Source of the DNA: Planctomycetota bacterium
Lineage (GTDB): Bacteria > Planctomycetota > PLA2 > JAEUHO01
DNA length: 64,000 nucleotides
Assembly (NCBI GenBank): GCA_965223505.1
Contig: CBDCWP010000007.1
Coordinates: 32,001-96,000 of the forward strand
Reading direction: 5' to 3'
A model generated the notes under the pieces. The model ran no database searches. It was not told the DNA's origin and saw only the letters and a list, made by a program, of their open reading frames with translations. The position numbers and the translations under genes were made by a program. Positions 10,428 through 19,089 of this stretch are shown here, piece by piece. Numbering within the stretch: position 1 is the stretch's first letter; each line of letters opens with the position of its first letter.

Positions 10428-10998
10428 GCCGACCCCCGCTCGACGTCGCGCGCTTCCCGTTCGCGCCGTTGCTCCAATCGGCGTAGATGGGCCCGCAGCT
10501 CGCCGCGGGCGCGATGAATGCGCGAGAGCACCGTGCCCAGCGGAATGCCGAGGCGCTCGGCCGCCTCCCGGCACGTCACCCCTCGAGGAACACCAGCAGG
10601 AACGCCGTGCGTCGCTCGACATCCACCTGATCCAGCGCCAGCTGGATGTCCTCGCGGCGCGCCAAGAGGTCGAGCTCCGGCTCCGGCAGCGGCGACGCGT
10701 CGAGGTTGTCGTCGAGCGGACGGTCCACCACCGGGCGTGCGCGGGCCCGCCGCAGCCGGCGCGACGCGCGGTGCATCATGATCGACACGAGCCACGAGCG
10801 GCCGGCGGCGGGCTCCCGCAGCGCCGCGCTCGAAGAGCACAGCGAGCGCCAGGCCTCGTAGTAGGTCTCCTGCGTGAGGTCCTCGGCGTCGTCGCGGTCA
10901 CCCGTGAGGCGATACCCGAGGCGCCAGATGCGCGCACTGTGCTCCCGGACCAGCTCGCGATAGAGCGCTTCCGGCCGATCAACAGGCGTGGGGGACAA
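10424..10998 (-). pseudogene. ECF sigma-70 factor with a one-base frameshift at ~10578
   Basis: Region 2 (DAEDLTQET) in 10576-10998; region 4 (TCREAAERLGIPLGTVLSRIHRAR) continues in another frame to 10424. Confidence 0.8.
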
Positions 10999-11024
10999 GT
11001 GCGAACGATCCTCCGCTCACCCCA

Positions 11025-11054
11025 CTCTGTGCCGTTTCAGCGGCTGACGATTCC
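11025..11054 (-). promoter_or_regulatory. Putative ECF promoter upstream of the sigma gene
   Basis: GGAATC-N15-GGCACAGAG; same motif and spacing at 11533-11562. Confidence 0.6.
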
Positions 11055-11078
11055 CGTTTTCTCGGATTTGCGCGCGGG

Positions 11079-11459
11079 CTACTTGCCGTCGCCTTCGGCC
11101 GCGTCGCCTTCCTCCGGCTTGGACGCGTCCTCTTCCGACCCACCATGCGCCGTGCAGGCCGTGTTCGGGTCCCAGCAGTCCTTGCAGGCGACCGCCGCCC
11201 CGTCCGTGTAGCCCTTGCTGCAGCCTTCGCACCAGACGTTCTCGCCGGTCAGGCCCTTCCAGCAGTCCTCGCAGCTCTTCTCTTCGCCGTTGAACCAGCC
11301 GTGCTTGCAGTCCGCGCACCAGACGTTCTCGCCGCCCTTGCCTTTTTCACACTCGGTGCAGGCTTCCGCCGCCTTCTCATTCCCGCTGTCGTCGCTACAG
11401 CCGCAGAGCGCGAAGCCCATCAGGCTCACTGCGAGCACCACCAACATCGCCGTACGCAT
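11079..11459 (-). CDS. Cys-rich lipoprotein with tandem CxxC repeats
   Basis: RBS AGGAG, lipobox LCGC, five CxxC motifs in a duplicated ~30-aa unit. Confidence 0.75.
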   Translation of the reverse strand: MRTAMLVVLAVSLMGFALCGCSDDSGNEKAAEACTECEKGKGGENVWCADCKHGWFNGEEKSCEDCWKGLTGENVWCEGCSKGYTDGAAVACKDCWDPNTACTAHGGSEEDASKPEEGDAAEGDGK

Positions 11460-11532
11460 CACTCTTCTCCTAGGTCCCGCGTCGCGCGCATACCCATGGA
11501 CGCGGGTCTCGAATTCGACCGGGTTCACCATT

Positions 11533-11562
11533 CTATGTGCCTGTTTTGGGCCGCCGGATTCC
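11533..11562 (-). promoter_or_regulatory. Putative ECF promoter upstream of the CxxC lipoprotein
   Basis: GGAATC-N15-GGCACATAG. Confidence 0.6.
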
Positions 11563-11626
11563 AGGGAATTCCGAAAAACGGCCGCGATGCGGCTAGGATG
11601 CCGCGCCGTTCGGTGGAAATCGTCCC

Positions 11627-11806
11627 GTGTACGGCTTTGGAAAGTTCCTGCAGGCGGTCGGCCTGGTGCTGCCGCTCTTCGGCCTGTTTCAGGCGCTCGA
11701 CCGCGGCGCGGAGCGCGGGATCCTCATGCAGGAGTTGGCGTTGCTCGCGACCGGAGCGTTCCTTTTCTTCATCGGCTACAAGATCTGCCAGAAGACCGGC
11801 GGCTGA
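11627..11806 (+). CDS. Small 59-aa two-TM membrane protein (absent from ORF track)
   Basis: GTG..TGA: MYGFGKFLQAVGLVLPLFGLFQALDRGAERGILMQELALLATGAFLFFIGYKICQKTGG; fills an otherwise empty gap. Confidence 0.6.
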   Translation: MYGFGKFLQAVGLVLPLFGLFQALDRGAERGILMQELALLATGAFLFFIGYKICQKTGG

Positions 11807-11858
11807 TCGTTTCGCGGGCGACCTCGCTGCTCGCCGCCCGGGGCGTTCCCCGTTCGCG

Positions 11859-12338
11859 TTACGCGGCGGTCTCGGCCTTCGCAGCGGCCTTCTCTTCGAT
11901 GACCGCTTGCGCGGTCTCCGAGACGCGCGGGTGCAGTTCGATCGCGTCCTTGATGCAGACCGAGACACAGAGCATGTCGCAGCCCTTGCAGATGTCGGGG
12001 TCGACCGTCGCGACGTTGTAGAAGCCGTCGTCCGCGCGCACGTACTCGATCGCGTCGAAGGGGCACACGTCGAAGCAGAAGTCGCACGCCGTGCAGCGCT
12101 CCGGCGTCACGATCGCGATCCGGTCGCTGTCCTGGCGGCGCTTGAAGCGCGTTGCGATGTTGCCGTCGAAGTCCAGGATGGCCTCCGGCGGACAGACGTA
12201 GCCGCACAGCCCGCAGTCCACGCAGATGTCCTCGTGGATGACGTGCATCTCCCCGCGCGCGCCCGCGATGGCGTTCACCGGACAGGCCTTCACGCAGGCC
12301 GTGCAGCCGATGCAGGTCTCGATGATGCTGTACGACAT
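11859..12338 (-). CDS. Polyferredoxin, four 4Fe-4S motifs
   Basis: CIGCTACVKACP, CVDCGLCGYVCP, CTACDFCFDVCP, CKGCDMLCVSVC. Confidence 0.9.
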   Translation of the reverse strand: MSYSIIETCIGCTACVKACPVNAIAGARGEMHVIHEDICVDCGLCGYVCPPEAILDFDGNIATRFKRRQDSDRIAIVTPERCTACDFCFDVCPFDAIEYVRADDGFYNVATVDPDICKGCDMLCVSVCIKDAIELHPRVSETAQAVIEEKAAAKAETAA

Positions 12339-12449
12339 GCGGCGTCCGGAACGGGGTCGCGCCCGGTGGTGGCCGAGCGGGGGGCCCGGCTAGGATACGG
12401 GACCGCCGCCCTGTCTGGGTGAGATTTCGATCGCCGGAAGGAGCCCCCG

Positions 12450-12929
12450 TTGAGGCCTGAAGTACGACTCCTGGTCGGGTATCTGGTCCGGCTGGTTCTG
12501 CTGTTTTTCGCGGGCTGGTTCCTCTTCTACGAGGGCTCGATGCCCGACGCGCACATCGTCTCGCGCATCGGCGTAGCGATCCTGTTCCTAATCTCGCAGA
12601 TCCTCGTCGGCGAGGTCACGACGGTTCGTACGCACGTCGGCCTGTTGATCGGTGCGCTGCGAGCCGTCAGCGGCGGTACACCCGCCGGACAGGTCACGGC
12701 CGCCATCGCGGATCAGGTCGGCGGCGGCGCGCCGGCGGTGCCCGACGTGCAGGCGGCGGTGGACATCCTGATCCAGAGCCTCGGTGCGAGCGATCCGGAT
12801 ACGCGTGACAAGGCGCACAAGCACCTGATGCGCATCACCGGCGAGTCCTTCCCCGCCGAGGTCGCAACGTGGGCGGACTGGTGGGCCGAGAACCGAGAGG
12901 GTTTCGAGTCCAAGCTACCGACCGACTGA
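12450..12929 (+). CDS. Hypothetical membrane protein with HEAT-like C-terminus
   Basis: Two TM segments, LxxITGxxF..W..WW ending; TGATG overlap with next gene. Confidence 0.65.
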   Translation: MRPEVRLLVGYLVRLVLLFFAGWFLFYEGSMPDAHIVSRIGVAILFLISQILVGEVTTVRTHVGLLIGALRAVSGGTPAGQVTAAIADQVGGGAPAVPDVQAAVDILIQSLGASDPDTRDKAHKHLMRITGESFPAEVATWADWWAENREGFESKLPTD

Positions 12930-13948
12930 TGAGCGACGCCAACGACCCCGCAGCCGAACCGACGACGCCGCGCGGCATCCCCGAGGTGCTGGCGCCCGTG
13001 CAGGCCGACCTCGAGCAGGTCGGGGACGCGTTCAAGTCGATCCTGCAATCCGTTTCGTTTCGCAGCCGTGACATGGTCGATCAGGGCGCGTCCTTCACCG
13101 GGAAGCGCCTTCGTCCCGCGCTCACCTGCGTGGCCGGCCGGATCGCGGGCGGCGAGATGACCGACGCGCTCGCTACGGTGGCGGCCGTCGTCGAGCTGAT
13201 TCACACCGCGACGCTGGTTCACGACGACATTCTCGACGGCGCGGTCGTGCGCCGGAAGGCAGCGACGCTCAACGCGCGTTGGGGCGAGCAGATGGCGGTC
13301 CTGGTCGGCGACGTGCTGTTCAGCAAGGCCTACCACGCCGCCGCGCACCTCGAGGACCGCTACGCGTCACAGTATCTGTCGGAGATCGTGGGCGAGGTGC
13401 TCGAAGGCGAGATTCACCAGGACGTGATGGCGCACAACGCCGAGCTGAGCGAGGACGAGTACTACAAGATCATCCGGGGCAAGACGGCGGCGCTGTACGA
13501 GGCCGCCCTCAGGGTGGGCGCGCACTACGGCGGTGGTGACGAGGGCTTGAAGACCGCGCTCGGCGACTACGGACATCATCTCGGGATGGCATTCCAGATC
13601 GTGGACGATCGGCTCGACGTGACGGGTGACGAGGCGACGGTCGGCAAGTCGCTCGGGCGCGATCTCGGCGAAGGGAAGACGACGCTGCCGGTCATCTACT
13701 GGCTCGCGGGCGTCGAGGGCCGCGAGCGCGAGACGGCGATCGCGCTCATCGAGCGCGCGTGGAACGACGAGGACGCCGCGCGAGCCGTGGGGCGGGCGTT
13801 GCGCGAGAGCGGCGCGCTCGAGAAGGCCGACGAGGCGGCGCAGTCGCACATCGATCGGGCCCTCTCGGCGCTGGCCGACGTTCCGATGGGCGCGCAGCGG
13901 CAGCTGCTCGAAACCGTCGCCCGGTTCGTCCTCAGCCGCGCGTCCTGA
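12929..13948 (+). CDS. Trans-polyprenyl diphosphate synthase (IspB/HepT-like)
   Basis: GKRLRP, HDDILD..RR, GKTA, FQIVDD motifs. Confidence 0.9.
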   Translation: MSDANDPAAEPTTPRGIPEVLAPVQADLEQVGDAFKSILQSVSFRSRDMVDQGASFTGKRLRPALTCVAGRIAGGEMTDALATVAAVVELIHTATLVHDDILDGAVVRRKAATLNARWGEQMAVLVGDVLFSKAYHAAAHLEDRYASQYLSEIVGEVLEGEIHQDVMAHNAELSEDEYYKIIRGKTAALYEAALRVGAHYGGGDEGLKTALGDYGHHLGMAFQIVDDRLDVTGDEATVGKSLGRDLGEGKTTLPVIYWLAGVEGRERETAIALIERAWNDEDAARAVGRALRESGALEKADEAAQSHIDRALSALADVPMGAQRQLLETVARFVLSRAS

Positions 13949-14142
13949 GCTCTCGATTCGGTCCTGGCGATCTTGCGCCGCACCAGCATCGGAAGCTGTG
14001 CGATCGTCGTGACGCTCGTATGACAGAGAGTGACATAAGTCATTCCATTCACGAAAGATACGTCGGTTCTTCTCTGTAAGTTCACTCTGTTGTTCGTACC
14101 ATCCGCGCCGACCTCGGCAGGGAGGTCAGGAGGACACGAACG

Positions 14143-15558
14143 ATGATCAACCGGGTCATGTGGGCGGCACTCGCGGTCGCCATCGGATGCGTCGGACTCG
14201 CCGGGCAGGCGGCGGCGGACGAAGCGGAAATGCGCGCGATGGTCGCGGAAGCCGTCAAGGCCGAGATGGCCAAGCAGGGCGGCGACGAGTTCCGCGTGTA
14301 CTGGAAGGACGGCCTGCGCCTCGAGAGCGGCGACGGCGGCAAGACCTTCAAGGGCAAGATCGGCGGCCGGATCATGCTGGACGCGTGGGTCTTCGACGAC
14401 GACGAGCTCAAGGACGACGTCATCGTACAGCCGCCCTTCGCGCCCGGCGTGCCGGGCTCGTACCAGGAGGACGGCGTCGAGTTCCGGCGCGTGCGTCTCT
14501 ACAACTCGGGCCTGATCCACGACCACGTGGAGTACAAGCTGCAACTCGACTTCGCCCACGGCGACGTGTCGTTCCGCGACGTCTACTTCGGTCTCACCCA
14601 CCTCAAGGACTGCTGGGGCTGCGCGTTCCCGTCGATTCGCGTGGGGCACCAGTTCCAGCCCATCAGCCTCGAGGCGAACACCAGCTCCAAGTACATCACC
14701 TTCATGGAGCGTTCGTTCCTGGCGAACACGTTCGGGTACGCGTCTCGTGCGACGGGTATCAAGATCCACGACTCCCTCATGGGCGATCACCTGAACTACC
14801 AGTTCGCGTTCTTCAGCCCCACGAGCAGCCCCGGAGGCGGCGGCGACTTCGACTTCGATGACGGTTGGGCCGTGGCGGGTCGCGTCACCTACGCGCCCTG
14901 GTGGGACTGCAACTGCAGCTGCAAGCGCGCGCACGTCGGCATCTCGGGCGCCTACTACGACGACCTCAAGGGCCGTCGCTTCCGCTCGCGCGCGCCGTCG
15001 CACATGACGAGCCGCTACGTGAACACCGGCACCATCTCCGACGTCGAGTCGTACACGACGCTCGGTTTCGAGGGCGCCGTGGTCTACGGGCCGTGGTCGG
15101 TGCAGGGTGAGTACCTGCTGGCCGACGTCGACTCCGACATCGCCGGCGACCCGACCTACACGGCCTGGTACGTGTACGCGAGCTACTGGCTGACGGGCGA
15201 GTGCCGCAACTACAAGCACGGCGCCTTCAGCCGCACGAAGCCGTGCTGCAACTTCCTCGACAACGACTGCTGCTGCACGGGTGGGTGGGAGCTCGCCGCG
15301 CGCTACGAGGGGATCGACCTCTCGGACGGCAACGTCGACGGCGGTGAGATGACCGCATTCACCTTCGGCGTCAACTGGCACCTGAACCCGAACGCGCGCA
15401 TCATGCTCAACTACTTCATCGCGACGATCGACGGGACGCCTGCCGGGTTCAACGTGCTGCAGGACGCCAACCCCGGCGTGGCGGCCGCCTCCGGTGTGGC
15501 GACCTTCGACGACACCACGTTCAGCGGCTTCGGCATTCGGTTCCAGGTCGACTGGTAG
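14143..15558 (+). CDS. OprO/OprP-family phosphate-selective porin
   Basis: Signal peptide; FRRVRL, FMERS, WSVQGEY, LTGE, WELAARY, GVNWHLN, C-terminal FQVDW. Confidence 0.85.
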   Translation: MINRVMWAALAVAIGCVGLAGQAAADEAEMRAMVAEAVKAEMAKQGGDEFRVYWKDGLRLESGDGGKTFKGKIGGRIMLDAWVFDDDELKDDVIVQPPFAPGVPGSYQEDGVEFRRVRLYNSGLIHDHVEYKLQLDFAHGDVSFRDVYFGLTHLKDCWGCAFPSIRVGHQFQPISLEANTSSKYITFMERSFLANTFGYASRATGIKIHDSLMGDHLNYQFAFFSPTSSPGGGGDFDFDDGWAVAGRVTYAPWWDCNCSCKRAHVGISGAYYDDLKGRRFRSRAPSHMTSRYVNTGTISDVESYTTLGFEGAVVYGPWSVQGEYLLADVDSDIAGDPTYTAWYVYASYWLTGECRNYKHGAFSRTKPCCNFLDNDCCCTGGWELAARYEGIDLSDGNVDGGEMTAFTFGVNWHLNPNARIMLNYFIATIDGTPAGFNVLQDANPGVAAASGVATFDDTTFSGFGIRFQVDW

Positions 15559-15593
15559 TTCCTGCTAGAGACAAACACCCTTCGTCTGTAGCT

Positions 15594-15632
15594 GCGAGGG
15601 CGGGAGCTTCGGTTCCCGCCCTCGTTCTCTTT
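15594..15632 (+). terminator. Rho-independent terminator
   Basis: GCGAGGGCGGGAGC-TTCG-GTTCCCGCCCTCGT hairpin followed by a T-rich tract. Confidence 0.75.
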
Positions 15633-15648
15633 CGGGCTCGACCCGCGA

Positions 15649-16557
15649 CTAGTGCACGAAGAGCGGCAGCTGGCTCGGATCGTCGCGCGGCGGCATGCCT
15701 TCGGCGGCCAACACGGTGTTGCGCATCAGGACGGCGACGGTCGCGGGTCCGACGCCGCCGGGCACCGGCGTGATCGCGCTCGCGATCTTCGCGACCGGCT
15801 CGTAGTCGACGTCGCCCACGATGCGGTTCTTGCCTTCGGCGTCTTTCACCGCGTTGATGCCGACGTCCACCACCACGGCGCCCGGCTTCACCATGTCGGC
15901 GGTGATCAGGCCCGGCTTGCCGACGGCGACGACGAGCACGTCCGCCTCGCGCGTGTGCGAGCCGAGATCCTGCGTGTGGACGTGGCACGTCGTGACCGTG
16001 GCGTCCTTTGCCAGGAGCAGGAGCCCGACGGGCTTGCCCACGATCTCGCTGTGGCCGACGACCACGGCGTTCTTCCCCTGGAGATCGATCCCCGACGACT
16101 CGACCAGCGCCATCGCGGCCAAGGCCGTGCACGGCAACAAGCCGTAGCGCCCGTAGAGGCACTCGCCGAGGTTCTCGGGATGCACGCCCTCGACGTCCTT
16201 GTCGGGATCGATGTCGTGTTGCAAGGTGCGCGCGCCCACACCGTCGGGCAGGGGGAGCGAAAGCAAGATGCCGGTGACGCCGCGGTCGGCGTTCAGCTCC
16301 TTGATGACCTTGCGAATGGCGCGTTCGTCCGACGCCGCCGGCAGGGTGCGCACCGAGAACCCGATGTCCCACTTGTCCGCGCCGCGGCGCTGTCCGCGCA
16401 GATAAGCGTCTGCGGCGCCGTCCTCGCCGACCTTGACGACGACGAGATTCGGCCGCCGACCCGAGTCGATCAGCGCCTGCACCTTGGGCTGGTAGTCGAC
16501 GCGCACCCGCTCGGCCAGGGCGCGTCCGTCGAGGATGGTCGCTTCGGCGTCGCTCAT
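15649..16557 (-). CDS. folD: Methylenetetrahydrofolate dehydrogenase/cyclohydrolase
   Basis: KDVEGVHP, PCT, GHSEIVGKP, ITPVPGGVGPAT. Confidence 0.92.
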   Translation of the reverse strand: MSDAEATILDGRALAERVRVDYQPKVQALIDSGRRPNLVVVKVGEDGAADAYLRGQRRGADKWDIGFSVRTLPAASDERAIRKVIKELNADRGVTGILLSLPLPDGVGARTLQHDIDPDKDVEGVHPENLGECLYGRYGLLPCTALAAMALVESSGIDLQGKNAVVVGHSEIVGKPVGLLLLAKDATVTTCHVHTQDLGSHTREADVLVVAVGKPGLITADMVKPGAVVVDVGINAVKDAEGKNRIVGDVDYEPVAKIASAITPVPGGVGPATVAVLMRNTVLAAEGMPPRDDPSQLPLFVH

Positions 16558-16621
16558 CGGCCTTGCTCTACCCGACCGCCGCGGTGGGCACAAGGGCGCG
16601 ACGTGGTGGTAGGCTCCGATC

Positions 16622-17488
16622 GTGGGTGTTCACAACCGCGACTACATGCGGGATCGGCCCGTCTACGAAGCCGACTGGCGCGCGTGTCGCGTCACGTGGT
16701 GGTTGATCGGCATTCAAGGCGTGTTGTTCCTGTTCGTCGGCGCCGCCGGCGGCGCCAACGCCCGCGGCTCGCCCATCGCCCCCTTCATCCACGACGAGCT
16801 CTGGCTGCACCCGTCGGCCGTGCTCTCCGAGCTGAAGGTGTGGCAGGTCTTCACGTCGCTTTGGTTCCACGACGTCGATGCCGGCGTCGGCCACGTCTTG
16901 CTGAACATGCTGCTGCTCTACGCGCTCGGCTCGCGCGCCGAAGCGGCGTTCGCGGATCGCCGCCGCTATCTCGTGCTCTACGTCGGCGGCGGCATCACGT
17001 TCGCGCTCGCGCAAGTGGCCGCCGCGGCCATCGGCGTCGAAGCGTCCGCATCTTGCGGCGCGAGCGGTTCGATCTTCGCCTTGATCGCGTACGTGCTGAT
17101 CGCGCACGGCAACGAACCTGTGCGGCTCTTCGGAGTTTGGCGCATGTCGATGCGCGCGTTCGCGTGGATTGGGCTCGGAACGTGCTTACTGTTCTACCTC
17201 GTCTCGATGCGTGTGCCGCCGGCCTGGTCCATCGGTCACGCGGTCGCGCTCGTATGGGGTTGGCACGCGGCGCGCCGTACAGCGGACGTCGCACTGGGCG
17301 CCGGCGTGACGTCGACGACCACGGCGCAACCGGAGAACGAAGCTCCCGAGGACGAAGAGAGCGACGGCGCGGATGACGTACGAGGCCGGGTCGACCGGCT
17401 GCTGGAGAAGATTTCGGACGACGGCATGGCGTCGCTGTCGGACGAGGAGCGGGCGTTTCTCGAAGACGCTTCGAAACGGTTCCAGTAG
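16622..17488 (+). CDS. Rhomboid family intramembrane protease
   Basis: HVLLNM, GASG, later His; C-terminal VDRLLEKIS..G..SLS..ER domain. Confidence 0.8.
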   Translation: MGVHNRDYMRDRPVYEADWRACRVTWWLIGIQGVLFLFVGAAGGANARGSPIAPFIHDELWLHPSAVLSELKVWQVFTSLWFHDVDAGVGHVLLNMLLLYALGSRAEAAFADRRRYLVLYVGGGITFALAQVAAAAIGVEASASCGASGSIFALIAYVLIAHGNEPVRLFGVWRMSMRAFAWIGLGTCLLFYLVSMRVPPAWSIGHAVALVWGWHAARRTADVALGAGVTSTTTAQPENEAPEDEESDGADDVRGRVDRLLEKISDDGMASLSDEERAFLEDASKRFQ

Positions 17489-17515
17489 CGTGCGTGGCCG
17501 GGTACGCTGCGCGCG

Positions 17516-17962
17516 ATGACCGGCAAGCAACCCAATCCCGTCGTGAAGGCGTTCCTGATCTGCGATCAGATCATTCATGACGCACAGACAGGGAAGAAGT
17601 CGTTGATCGGCGTTTTCCACGAGCTTCGTGCCGACCGGTTCCCCGCGACCCATCCCACGCTTTGGATCTACGCGAACCTCACGGATGCCCGTGGTCGCTA
17701 CGATTTCGAGATTCGCCTGATCGACGTGTCGCGCAATCAGGTGCTCGGCAAGGGCACGCCGCCGCCCATCGAGATCTCGGGGCCGCTGCAGACGACGGAG
17801 CTGTCGGCACAGCTTCGCAACGTGACGTTGATGCAGCCGGGCACGTACGAGTTCCAGCTGCACGCGAACGACCAGCTCGTCGCCACGAAGGCGGTGCGTG
17901 TGATGCAGGTGGAACCCTCGCAGGGCGCGCCGGAACAACAGGAGCCCGGCGAGGAGGGGTGA
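17516..17962 (+). CDS. Conserved hypothetical protein (DUF6941-like)
   Basis: A.LICD..I.D..TGK.SLIGVF, PGTY motifs. Confidence 0.7.
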   Translation: MTGKQPNPVVKAFLICDQIIHDAQTGKKSLIGVFHELRADRFPATHPTLWIYANLTDARGRYDFEIRLIDVSRNQVLGKGTPPPIEISGPLQTTELSAQLRNVTLMQPGTYEFQLHANDQLVATKAVRVMQVEPSQGAPEQQEPGEEG

Positions 17963-17965
17963 CGA

Positions 17966-18922
17966 CTACTCGTCGCCGGCTGGGATCGGCGAGATCAGCC
18001 GGAAGCCGGCGTGCGGGAGCTTCGTGTCCGGCACGAATCCGGTCCGGTGTCCAGACGCGAGCGCGCTCGGGCTGCCGCTCCAAGCCCCGCCGCGCATGAC
18101 GCGCGTAGGCGGGTCCAGCTCCTCGCCTTCGAGGTGGTCGCAGAGCTCCCAGACGTTGCCCGCCATGTCGTAGAGCCCCCACGCGTTGGGCGCGTAGCTC
18201 GCCACGTGGGCGCTCACCATGAACCCGTCGTCGCGCTGCCAGTGTCTTCGCTCGGCCGGCCACGAGGCCTTTGCGTAGCCCGAGATCCCGAAGACGGATT
18301 CCGATTTCGGATCGAGACCGTTGGCGTACTTCCAACCGTCCGCCGACACGTCGCCCCAGAAAAACCGCGTCGAGGTGCTCGCGCGACACGCTCGCTCCCA
18401 CTGGGCTTCGGTCGGCAGCCGGTAGGAACGCTTCGGGTCGCGGTCGGACACCCATCGGGCGAACACGCGTGCGTCCTGCCACGAAACGCGCACCACGGGC
18501 TGTTCGTCTTCGTCCAACGTGTATCCGTCGTGAAACGTCTTGCTGTCGTGGGTGGGGCGCATGCGCCGGAACTGGGCGTTCGTGACTTCCGTGGCCTGCA
18601 TGTAGAACGGTCGTTCGATCGTGACGTCGCGTTCGGGTGCGTCGCGACATCCGCCACCGGGATCACCCTTGGGCAGTCCCATGCGAAACGAGCCGGGAGG
18701 GATCAGGACGAAGCGCATGCCGAGGCTGTTTTCGAAGGACACGGGGACGCCGTACTGCTTGGCGGCCTCGAGCTGTGCGGGGGCCGGCTCGGGCCATGGC
18801 GGAGGGCGGGAGGGGCGCATGGCGGGCGTGGGCGGCGCGTGTCGTTGCTTCGGCTGTTCGTCGCCGCACGCTGCCAGCAGCGCGAGGAGTCCGAGGGCGG
18901 TGGCGACGCGTGTCCGGTTCAT
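17966..18922 (-). CDS. FGE/SUMF1-domain lipoprotein
   Basis: Lipobox LAAC; F.MG, EVTNAQF, RLPTEAQWE, NAWGLYDMAGNVWE, RGGAW, GFR. Confidence 0.9.
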   Translation of the reverse strand: MNRTRVATALGLLALLAACGDEQPKQRHAPPTPAMRPSRPPPWPEPAPAQLEAAKQYGVPVSFENSLGMRFVLIPPGSFRMGLPKGDPGGGCRDAPERDVTIERPFYMQATEVTNAQFRRMRPTHDSKTFHDGYTLDEDEQPVVRVSWQDARVFARWVSDRDPKRSYRLPTEAQWERACRASTSTRFFWGDVSADGWKYANGLDPKSESVFGISGYAKASWPAERRHWQRDDGFMVSAHVASYAPNAWGLYDMAGNVWELCDHLEGEELDPPTRVMRGGAWSGSPSALASGHRTGFVPDTKLPHAGFRLISPIPAGDE

Positions 18923-19009
18923 CGAGGGGGAGCATACCCTCGAGGCGGTGGCTTCTCTTGAGGGGTATTCGAACGCCTGATAGGGTCACCCGCCGCTACG
19001 GCGAAAATG

Positions 19010-19086
19010 GGGCGCATAGCTCAGCTGGCTAGAGCGCATGCTTCACACGCATGAGGTCACAGGTTCGAGTCCTGTTGCGCCCACCA
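19010..19086 (+). tRNA. tRNA-Val (CAC)
   Basis: GGGCGCA/TGCGCCC acceptor stem, CATGC-TTCACAC-GCATG anticodon arm, GGTTCGAGTCC, encoded CCA. Confidence 0.96.
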
Positions 19087-19089
19087 CGT

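Noticed and set aside
10576..10578. TGA in the ECF sigma as selenocysteine or read-through
   Set aside because: The same frame after TGA is not sigma-like; region 4 continues in a different frame, so it is a frameshift
11079..11459. Multiheme cytochrome c
   Set aside because: Motifs are CxxC without an immediately following His (CADCKH is not CxxCH)
17966..18922. True formylglycine-generating enzyme activating the nearby sulfatases
   Set aside because: Lacks the catalytic Cys pair after RGG, and the nearby sulfatase-like proteins lack C/SxPxR
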